Assembly: GCA_005798285.1 (NCBI GenBank) | Contig: SYKE01000083.1 | Span: forward strand, 1 to 57,595 | Direction: 5' to 3' | DNA length: 57,595 nt | DNA from: Actinomycetota bacterium | GTDB lineage: Bacteria > Armatimonadota > SYMT01 | Shown here: piece after piece, positions 44,037 through 51,710 of the stretch | Position numbering within the stretch: the stretch's first letter is position 1 | Layout: the number at the start of each line of letters is the position of its first letter | Made by a program: the position numbers and the translations under genes | The notes under the pieces: generated by a model | Databases searched by the model: none | What the model was told of the DNA's origin: nothing | What the model saw: only the letters and a program-made list of their open reading frames with translations

Positions 44037-44776
44037 GCGTCTCCCCCGAACTCCCCGCGGGCAAACATCTCGCGTACGCGCTCGAGGTCCTCTTCGGTAT
44101 CCACTCCGATCGAGTCGGCGGAGCTGAGGAGAACCAGGATTCGGTAGCCGTGCTCCAGCACCCGAAGCTGCTCGAGCGCCTCGGCCTGCTCCAGTGGCGT
44201 CGGCGCCATCGTAGAGTACTTCAGAAGAAACTCGCGTCTGTAGGCGTAAAGTCCTTTGTGCTTCAGGTGGGGCCCGCCCGAGCCCGATCGGTAGTAGGGG
44301 AGCGGCAGCCGGCTGAAATAGAGGGCGAAGCCCGCCTGATCGCGGACCACTTTGACCGCCGAGGGCGCCGTAACGTCGCGCGGATCCCGGATCGGAACCG
44401 CCACCGTTGACATCACCAGGTCGGGCTGAGTCTCGAACGGGGTGGCCACGAGATCAATCTCGGCCGGGTCCAACGTCGGCTCGTCGCCCTGAATGTTCAC
44501 CACCACATCCGCGTCCAGGCCGGCGGCCACCTCGGCGATGCGATCGGTGCCGGACGGATGATCCGCCCGGGTGAGCGCGACCTCTCCTCCGAAGGCTCGG
44601 ACGGCAGACTCGATCCGCGGATCATCGGTTGCAATGATGACACGAGTCAGGCTCTTCGCCTTCCTGGCCTGCCGGTACACATGTTCAATCATCGTCCGCC
44701 CGGCGATCTCCGCCAGCGCTTTGCCCGGCAGCCGCGACGACGCATACCGTGCCGGAATGATCCCCACCGCTACCAT
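44033..44776 (-). CDS. kdsB: 3-deoxy-manno-octulosonate cytidylyltransferase
   Basis: The ORF track extends to 44869. The ATG at complement 44774-44776 (AAGGGGA 7-8 nt upstream) gives MVAVGIIPARYASSRLPGKALAEIAGRTMIEHVY, then IATDD and VNIQGDEP. Its stop overlaps the kdsA start (GTGATG). Confidence 0.9.
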   Translation of the reverse strand: MVAVGIIPARYASSRLPGKALAEIAGRTMIEHVYRQARKAKSLTRVIIATDDPRIESAVRAFGGEVALTRADHPSGTDRIAEVAAGLDADVVVNIQGDEPTLDPAEIDLVATPFETQPDLVMSTVAVPIRDPRDVTAPSAVKVVRDQAGFALYFSRLPLPYYRSGSGGPHLKHKGLYAYRREFLLKYSTMAPTPLEQAEALEQLRVLEHGYRILVLLSSADSIGVDTEEDLERVREMFARGEFGGDA

Positions 44777-45052
44777 CAAGCGTCCCCTTCTTTCACCTGG
44801 AGCCCCACTGCAGACTCTTCCGGAGTTGCGCCGTCGTCGATTGGCGAGGAGCGGGACGCCAGGAGTCATTGCGATCCGTGCTGCAACTCTCGATCAACTT
44901 CGGGGACGACCCCCGTCGGGCACATCCGCATGGTATCTCCGTCGCGGCGGCCGGGAGCGGTGTGCGGTTCAACGGGCGCAGGTTCTCCGGCTCGCAACCG
45001 TGCATAATCTATGTGGAACCATTGCGTAGTTTGGCGGGGGGAGCGGGCGCCG

Positions 45053-46405
45053 ATGCTCGAAGTCGGAAGTCTGAAGGATTGGACCTGTGCGGGAGTTCGC
45101 CGCCGGTCGGTGCTGCAACTGGGAGCCGCGGGAGCGCTGGGCCTCTCGATGGCGCGGCCCGGAGTTGCGGCATCGGGGGAGATGTCGGTACTGTGCATCT
45201 TCCTCCGCGGCGGAGTTTCCCACCTCGATACGTGGGACATGAAACCGGACGCACCCATCCCCGATGCGCGCGGCGAGTTCAAGCCGATCCCGACCAATGT
45301 CCCGGGATTGCAGTTTTGCGACCTCCTGCCACTGCTCGCGAAGCAAGCCGATAAGCTCACGGTGCTGCGGGGCGCGACGCATCGCGAAGGCGAGCACGAT
45401 CGGGCGATGCAGTGGATGCTCACCGGTCAGCCGGCCCAGGCGGGCCGGGTGTTCCCGAACTTCGGTTCCGTCATCGGCCGCTATAAGCCGGGCCACACGC
45501 CCATCCCCGCCGCTCTCCACGTTCAAGCCGTGGGTATCGGAAACCCGATGGCGCCGCCGGCTCCGGCAGACTATCCGGGTGTGGGCGCCGGGTTCATGGG
45601 CGCGAGCCATCAGCCGTTCCTGGTGCCGGACCCCGAGAAGCTGAGTGAAGTGGATTGGCTCAAGCCGGCCGAAATCATTCCCGCCCGGCTGGATCGGCGG
45701 CGGGACTTGCTTCACCAGTTGGACGGGTTCCAGGCGCGGAGTGAAACCGCCGGGCTGGAGAATCACAGTGTCGCCTATCGACGGGCGATGGCGGTCATCA
45801 CATCTCCCGAAGCCAAACAGGCCTTCTCACTCGATAGCGAGAAAGCCGCGCTTCGCGACCGTTACGGGCGCCACGAGTTCGGCCAGAGCTGTCTCCTGGG
45901 GCGGCGACTCATTGAGACCGGTGTTCGATACGTGCAGGTCAACTGGTCGGCTCGCGGTTGGGAAGCGATCACAAAAAAGGATGATCTGTTCACGAGATCG
46001 ACCTTCGACTCGCACTTCGGCCACTTCCCCTGGCTCCGTCGGCAGCTCCCACGCCTGGATCAAGGGCTCTCGACCCTGCTGGCGGACCTGGCGGACCGAG
46101 GCACCCTGAAGCGAACCCTGGTCGTCGTTCTCACCGATTTCGGTCGCAGTGCGAAGGTGAACGGAGACGGCGGCCGAGACCACTGGACCAACGCCTTCAC
46201 GGTGTTGATGGCGGGCGGAGGTCTGGAAGGCGGGCGGATCCTGGGCAACACCGACGCGAATGGCCAGGAGGTGACCGATGGTCGTTTCACACCCGACCAG
46301 CTTGTCAATTCCGTCTACGGGCTGTGCGGACTCGACGTCCCCGTCACCCTGCGGATCGCCGGCATTGTGCCCCAGGGCGCCGAGGGCATCCCAGGACTGA
46401 TCTAG
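45053..46405 (+). CDS. DUF1501 domain protein (sulfatase-fold, Tat-exported)
   Basis: The preferred ATG at 45053 (GGGGGAG upstream) gives MLEVGSLKDWTCAGVRRRSVLQLGAAGALG, a twin-arginine signal. FLRGGVSHLDTWDMKPDAP and GGRDHWTNAFTVLMAGGG are DUF1501 hallmarks as I recall them. Confidence 0.75.
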   Translation: MLEVGSLKDWTCAGVRRRSVLQLGAAGALGLSMARPGVAASGEMSVLCIFLRGGVSHLDTWDMKPDAPIPDARGEFKPIPTNVPGLQFCDLLPLLAKQADKLTVLRGATHREGEHDRAMQWMLTGQPAQAGRVFPNFGSVIGRYKPGHTPIPAALHVQAVGIGNPMAPPAPADYPGVGAGFMGASHQPFLVPDPEKLSEVDWLKPAEIIPARLDRRRDLLHQLDGFQARSETAGLENHSVAYRRAMAVITSPEAKQAFSLDSEKAALRDRYGRHEFGQSCLLGRRLIETGVRYVQVNWSARGWEAITKKDDLFTRSTFDSHFGHFPWLRRQLPRLDQGLSTLLADLADRGTLKRTLVVVLTDFGRSAKVNGDGGRDHWTNAFTVLMAGGGLEGGRILGNTDANGQEVTDGRFTPDQLVNSVYGLCGLDVPVTLRIAGIVPQGAEGIPGLI

Positions 46406-46417
46406 GGCTGCGCGTGG

Positions 46418-46451
46418 ATCGGCCCGCATCTCGGAGGAGATGGGGGCCGAT
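46418..46451. terminator. long hairpin between convergent genes (possible bidirectional terminator)
   Basis: ATCGGCCC-G-CATCTC, loop GGAG, then GAGATG-G-GGGCCGAT gives 14 paired positions with one G-G mismatch. TT follows. It lies between the stops at 46405 (+) and 46484 (-). Confidence 0.5.
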
Positions 46452-46483
46452 TTGCCCCAACGCAAAGAACGTCGGGCAGTTCG

Positions 46484-47356
46484 TCAGGCTTTCAGGTGGC
46501 GAGTGAAGTAGGCAATCGTCGCCGCTTCAGCCCTGGCCAGGTCCTCGCCGCGAAACCCGTGCCCCGCCCCCGACATGGTCATCAACTGCGCTTCCACCTC
46601 GCACGACAGCAACCGATCCACCAGCCAGACCGACTGCTCGTAGGCCACGTACTTGTCTTCGGTGCCGTGAATGCACAGCGTGGGACAGGAGTCGGGATTC
46701 ACCCAGAAGAGCGGGCTGGAGAGGATGTGGTTCTTCCGCGCCTTCACGAGATCCGCGCCGAGGTAGAGCGGCAGGACCTCGTGGGCATCCACACTCTTCC
46801 CGTAGGAGTGCGTGAAGTCATTGGCGCCGTAGTGGTTGACCACGCAGGTCACCGCGGACGACTGCTCCGGGTTGCCGCCGTCACCCTCGAAGCGCGCCAC
46901 TCCCGCCGTCACACCAAGCATCTGCGCCAACGTGCCGCCGGCCGAACCTCCCATCGTGCCGATCCGGTCAGGACGAATCCGGTACTTCGAGGCGTTCGCG
47001 CGCATCCAGCGAACCGCGGCTTTGCAATCGTGAACGGCGGCCGGGAACGGATGCTTCGGCGCGAGACGATAGCCGATCGTCACCGCCGCGAATCCCGCTC
47101 CGGCGAGATTCTTGATCATCCCGTCGTAGCCCTGGCGCGTGCCGGCCCGGAACCCGCCGCCATGAATGCACACCACGCCGGGGAACGGGCCTTCACCTGC
47201 CGGTAGAGCCAGGTTGAGCTGGAGCTTCTCGCCCGCTCCCGTGGCGTACTCCAGGTCATTCATCACCGTTACAGCGGCCTGAGTCGCGGCGACTCCTGCC
47301 GCAGCGGGGACCAGCGTCGCTGCCGCAGACGCTGCAATCAGTTCTCTTCGATTCAT
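46484..47356 (-). CDS. alpha/beta hydrolase (esterase/lipase, HGGG type), Tat-exported
   Basis: The preferred ATG at complement 47354-47356 (GGAG 7 nt upstream) gives MNRRELIAASAAATLVPAAAGVAA. It has the oxyanion motif VCIHGGGF and the nucleophile elbow GGSAGG. Confidence 0.7.
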   Translation of the reverse strand: MNRRELIAASAAATLVPAAAGVAATQAAVTVMNDLEYATGAGEKLQLNLALPAGEGPFPGVVCIHGGGFRAGTRQGYDGMIKNLAGAGFAAVTIGYRLAPKHPFPAAVHDCKAAVRWMRANASKYRIRPDRIGTMGGSAGGTLAQMLGVTAGVARFEGDGGNPEQSSAVTCVVNHYGANDFTHSYGKSVDAHEVLPLYLGADLVKARKNHILSSPLFWVNPDSCPTLCIHGTEDKYVAYEQSVWLVDRLLSCEVEAQLMTMSGAGHGFRGEDLARAEAATIAYFTRHLKA

Positions 47357-47406
47357 TTCAAGCTCCCGCGCGGGGTAACTCGCCCCGCCCATCCTTCGCT
47401 CTTCGG

Positions 47407-50109
47407 TCAGCGCCGCTCATACTGCTTCCAGAGCCTTGTGTGCCGGCTCTCGAGGCTCACCTTTTGCCCCTGAATGAACAGGTGCTTCACATGTGTTCGT
47501 GGATCCAAAAGGTCTCCGTCGGTGACGACCAGGTTGCCCACCTTACCGATTTCCAGGCTACCAACCTGATCCGCGATTCCGAGTATCTCCGCGGGCCAGA
47601 GGGTAACTGCCTTGAGCGCTTCCTCTCGAGAGAGCCCCGAGCCCGACGCAACGCCTGCGTCGAAGGGAAGGTTTCGGGAGTTGGCGGTATCCCCGGAGAC
47701 GATCGCACACTTCACCCCCGCGCGGGTGAGGATCGCCGGCGTGGCAAAGCGGACGTCGTAGGGATCGTCCTCACGGCTTGGTAGGCTGAGGAGTGGGCCG
47801 TAGAGAACCGCCGCGCCCGCATCCTTAAGGAACCCGGCCATCGCTGCCGACTCCGCGCCTCCCACAATGACGACCTTTAGCTTTTGGATGCGAGCATACT
47901 CCACCGCAGCCCGGATCTCGGACCGCGTGTTGGCATTCGCCAACAGGGGGATTTCGCCCTGGATCAACGGGGTCAGGGCCGCTAGGCGTACGTCCAGTTT
48001 CGGAGCCGGCGTACTGCCCCCCGCGCGAGCGGCTTCCACGGCCTTCAGATACTGCCGCGCGTCATCCAGGAGTTGGGTCAGTCCCTTGAGGCGCTGGTCA
48101 GCGGCTCGGCGACCTTCGGCCAGGGTGATCTGCCGAAAGGAGAACGTCGCCGTATCAAAGGCGCCTCGCGTGCTGGGCGCCGGAATGTTTGCCGCGAACC
48201 CCACGCTCCGCTTTAGCGCCATCTCCTCGACGGTCCATCCATCGAGATGGATGGCGGCTGCCTGACCGGCGAGAATTCCGCCCTGAGGGAGGGAGACGGC
48301 CGTCGTGACACCGTTGACTCGAGTCACCGCCACGTGATCGCTGGCCGGATGGATAGCGTCGTAAGCACGCAGGTGCGGTCGGAGTTCCTGCAGGTCCGTG
48401 GTGTCGACCGTCTCCTGGATGGAGTCGATCTCCGTCAATCCCATGGTGGTCGAGGCATCGATCAATCCGGGGTAGACGTGGAGCCCCTTGCCATCGATGA
48501 CCGTGGCTCCGGCCGGAGCTGAGAGGTTCATGCCGACTTCCAGGATCTTGCCGTCTCTCAGAAGGACTGATGTTCCGGGCGGCGCCGGCTTCGCGGCGGT
48601 GTGAACCGTCGCACCGCGGATCAGAAACGTCCCAGCGCGACCTCGGGGGGCCGGAGTGGCGCCGACAGGCCCCCCATCGGCCTCGTGGTGGTGCGCGCCG
48701 TCCTCTCGAGTTCCGCCCGCGCCCGGTCCCCGAGGCTCCGCAGCGCCTTCGCGCGGCTGGCCGCCACCCATCGGGGCCGAACGCGCTTCTTCATCCAGGA
48801 GCGACTTCTTGCGGGCGGCGAGTTGCTCGCGACGCTTCAGGTCTTCGGCTCGGTCGAACGCGACCTTCCCGTCGATCCAGACTTTTTGAGGAAGGGCATC
48901 CGAGGCAAAGGGGTGACTGTTGTAAAGCACCAGATCCGCATCTTTGCCGACGTCAATGGAGCCCACCCGACGGTCGATCCCGAGTTGAACCGCAGGGTTG
49001 AGAGTGACGAGCCGGAGCGCCTCCTCTTCGCTGAGACCGCCGTACTTGATGGCCTTGGCTGCCTCCATGTTGAGATGGCGCGCTTCTTCGGCACTGTCCG
49101 AGTTGATGGACACGACCACGCCTCTGCGCGTCATCACTGTGGCGTTGTACGGAATGGCGTCATAGGCTTCGATTTTGTACGCCCACCAGTCCGAAAAGGT
49201 GGATGCGCCGGCTCCGTGCCGGGCGATCTCATCTGCGACCTTGTAACCTTCGAGGACGTGCTGCAGGGTCGCCACCTTCACCTCGAACTCCTCGCACAGG
49301 CGAAGGAAGGCAAGAATCTCATCGGCGCGATAGCAGTGGCAGTGAACGAGTCGCCGGCCCTCAAGCACGTCAACCAGCGTGTCCAGTTCCAGATCCCGGC
49401 GAGGCGCGATGGCGCGCACGCCCCGAGAGACCCGTTCCGAGTACTGCTTCCAATCGTTTCGATAGGCCCGAGCCCGATTGAAGGCGTCGCGGATGACGTC
49501 CATGACTCCCATTCGAGTGGCAGGATATCGCCCGCCGCCCGTCGAGCCCGATCGCTTTGGATTCTCGCCGAGGGCAAACTTGATGCCGGGGGGTGCCCCC
49601 GCAAATCGCAAGGCGTCCGCCGGTTGGCCCCATCGCAGCTTGATGACCTGATTGCGCCCACCGATCGGATTGGCTGAGCCGTGGAGCACATTGGCAGTAG
49701 TCACTCCGCCCGCAAGCTCGCGGTAGATCGCGATATCTTCAGCGTCTACCACGTCTTCGATGCCGACCATCGCGGTCACGGCCAGCGACCCTTCGTTGAC
49801 AGATCCGCTGACAGCGATGTGGGAGTGGCAATCGATGATTCCCGGTGTGAGGTAGGCTCCCGAGGCATCCACGACTGTGGCGCCGGCGGGCGCGGGGATC
49901 TCCGCCCCCACTGCCGCGATCCTTCCGCCGCGGACGAGCACGTCTCCCCGTTCGATCTTCCCGTGGGACGCGGTGAGAACCGTGGCGTCTCGAATAAGCG
50001 TCACCTGCGGCGCTTCCTGAGCGGCTCGGGCGCCTTCGCGTGCCCCGATGACGGTGGTTGAGGTCAGCAGCACTCCGAGCCAGAGCGTGGCTATTGCGCT
50101 TCGCTTCAT
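47407..50109 (-). CDS. double-module amidohydrolase-family protein (active-looking N-module plus HxH-less C-module)
   Basis: 900 aa with a signal peptide. The N-module has GIIDCHSHIAV, INSDS and VGSIDVGKDADLVLY. The C-module has GLIDASTTMGL in place of HxH and VGSLEIGKVGNLVV. Its ATG abuts the stop of the upstream gene (CTAG/ATG). Confidence 0.7.
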   Translation of the reverse strand: MKRSAIATLWLGVLLTSTTVIGAREGARAAQEAPQVTLIRDATVLTASHGKIERGDVLVRGGRIAAVGAEIPAPAGATVVDASGAYLTPGIIDCHSHIAVSGSVNEGSLAVTAMVGIEDVVDAEDIAIYRELAGGVTTANVLHGSANPIGGRNQVIKLRWGQPADALRFAGAPPGIKFALGENPKRSGSTGGGRYPATRMGVMDVIRDAFNRARAYRNDWKQYSERVSRGVRAIAPRRDLELDTLVDVLEGRRLVHCHCYRADEILAFLRLCEEFEVKVATLQHVLEGYKVADEIARHGAGASTFSDWWAYKIEAYDAIPYNATVMTRRGVVVSINSDSAEEARHLNMEAAKAIKYGGLSEEEALRLVTLNPAVQLGIDRRVGSIDVGKDADLVLYNSHPFASDALPQKVWIDGKVAFDRAEDLKRREQLAARKKSLLDEEARSAPMGGGQPREGAAEPRGPGAGGTREDGAHHHEADGGPVGATPAPRGRAGTFLIRGATVHTAAKPAPPGTSVLLRDGKILEVGMNLSAPAGATVIDGKGLHVYPGLIDASTTMGLTEIDSIQETVDTTDLQELRPHLRAYDAIHPASDHVAVTRVNGVTTAVSLPQGGILAGQAAAIHLDGWTVEEMALKRSVGFAANIPAPSTRGAFDTATFSFRQITLAEGRRAADQRLKGLTQLLDDARQYLKAVEAARAGGSTPAPKLDVRLAALTPLIQGEIPLLANANTRSEIRAAVEYARIQKLKVVIVGGAESAAMAGFLKDAGAAVLYGPLLSLPSREDDPYDVRFATPAILTRAGVKCAIVSGDTANSRNLPFDAGVASGSGLSREEALKAVTLWPAEILGIADQVGSLEIGKVGNLVVTDGDLLDPRTHVKHLFIQGQKVSLESRHTRLWKQYERR

Positions 50110-51513
50110 CTAGTTGCCCTCCTCGCGCGGCCTGCGTCCACCACCCATCGGGCGCGTTTCCGGTGCGACGACCGGCTCATACACCTTGCCGTCAATGACG
50201 ATGTGCCGAATCCGTCCCGCGGCAGTGAGCGGATCGCCCTGTGAAATCACCAGGTTAGCGATTTTGCCGGGTTCGAGACTCCCGACCTGAGCGCCGACCC
50301 CAAGGATCCGAGCCGCGCCAAGCGTCAGGGACTGAAGCGCCCGGTCCGATGATAGCCCTGCGGTCACGCAGCGCTGGATGGATCGCAGGAACTCTGGAGC
50401 GCTCTGTCCCGAGGAGGCAAACGCGAAGGGTACGCCGGCGGCGGCGAGTTTGCCGGCCGTGCGCGGCGCGGCCACTCTTCGTTCCATGATCTTGAGGTCT
50501 TCAGGATCATCCGGGTTCACCTCGCGGGGACGCTCCGGAAACTGCACCTGAAGCAGCACGGGCGTCTTTCCGCCGCGAAGAACATCCAGCGCTTCGTGGG
50601 CCTCGCCTCCACCTTGAACGATCCAGGGGATGGCGAACTCCGCTGCAAGGCGGCCGGCCCGGCGGACCTCCTCCGCTGTTGCCGCCGGCACCACCAGCGG
50701 CATGACCCCATCCACCACCGGCCTCAAGGCATCCAGCGCCGGGCTCGCGGTAGGACGGGACAGGCCTTTCGGGTCGGACCGATAGAGATCCCACGATTCG
50801 GAGTGCCAGCGCGCATCCAGCAGGGACTGCCGGATGAACGCGATCTTTCCCATCAAGGAACCCGGGTACTGGCGAAAACCCCCGCCCGCCAGACGGGTGT
50901 GCATGGCGACCGATGGCCGCAGCAGTGACGAGTCTCGGTCAGCCCCCAGGTTTAAAACGGCGCTCTGTCCCGAGATCACCCCCTGTCCGGGCAGGGCGAG
51001 CACGCTTGTGAATCCCGCAGTCCGCACGGCGTCGAGGCGGGCCGTGAAGTCGAGCGGCTGCTCCCAGACCCGCACGTGAGCGCTCAGGGGTGGGGTAGTC
51101 GGACCCGCGGCAGCCGGAGCACCGCGTCGACCCCCGCCCATCGGAGGGGCCGCCGCAGCCTCTGGGGCGGATGGGGTCAGGACTTCAGATCCGGCATCGA
51201 TAAACCCAGGACACACCGTCAGCCCCGCGCCTTCGATCACCTTCGCGTCGGCGGGAACCTTTGCATCCGCGCCGAGAGACTCGATCAGTCCGTCACGGAC
51301 GATCAAGTTGCCCTTCTCGATCACCGAACCGGATACCGTAACCAGTCGGGCGCCGGTGATTGCCAGTGCGGTCGGGGGATCGGCAGACGTCGCGGCGACC
51401 AGACCGATCGCCAGCAGACCAGCGCTTAGTGCGGCGGACAATATTCGTATTTGACCCGACCTGACGTCGGGGCCGCCGGGTGGAGCCTCGGCTGAAGGGG
51501 AGTTCGGGACCAT
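50110..51513 (-). CDS. amidohydrolase-fold protein lacking the HxH metal motif
   Basis: The ORF track runs to 51657. Starts at M36 (51552) or M49 (51513) precede the TM/signal segment IRILSAALSAGLLAIGLVAATSA. GFIDAGSEV replaces GxIDxHxH, and the tail is VGSLEPGKIANLVISQGDPL. Confidence 0.6.
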   Translation of the reverse strand: MVPNSPSAEAPPGGPDVRSGQIRILSAALSAGLLAIGLVAATSADPPTALAITGARLVTVSGSVIEKGNLIVRDGLIESLGADAKVPADAKVIEGAGLTVCPGFIDAGSEVLTPSAPEAAAAPPMGGGRRGAPAAAGPTTPPLSAHVRVWEQPLDFTARLDAVRTAGFTSVLALPGQGVISGQSAVLNLGADRDSSLLRPSVAMHTRLAGGGFRQYPGSLMGKIAFIRQSLLDARWHSESWDLYRSDPKGLSRPTASPALDALRPVVDGVMPLVVPAATAEEVRRAGRLAAEFAIPWIVQGGGEAHEALDVLRGGKTPVLLQVQFPERPREVNPDDPEDLKIMERRVAAPRTAGKLAAAGVPFAFASSGQSAPEFLRSIQRCVTAGLSSDRALQSLTLGAARILGVGAQVGSLEPGKIANLVISQGDPLTAAGRIRHIVIDGKVYEPVVAPETRPMGGGRRPREEGN

Positions 51514-51710
51514 GGGTGTGCCTCGCGGACTGAACCACGCTTGAACGAGCATACGGCGCCGTTCAGTTCGCTGAGGTCCGCGCCGAGTCCTCAACCCCAC
51601 CCTCGGAAAGCCGTCGAGGCGCGAACCCAAGCAGTCTCGATGGACGTTTCCAATCATTGGATTCGCCTCTGATCCGCTCGGGACGGTGTCCCGTAACCTA
51701 CTGGATTCGA

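Noticed and set aside
45003-45008. CATAAT preceded by TG upstream of the DUF1501 gene, considered as an extended -10 promoter
   Set aside because: The TG is directly adjacent rather than one base away, and no -35-like hexamer lies at 16-18 nt. It is too weak to call.
48601-49677. 358-aa plus-strand ORF antisense to the 900-aa amidohydrolase. The same applies to 6527..7525, 33047..33883, 27128..28006, 19352..20023, 25537..26340, 43279..44064 and 44969..45766.
   Set aside because: All lie opposite genes with clear family motifs, and all have the Arg/Gly/Pro-heavy composition of out-of-frame GC-rich translation.
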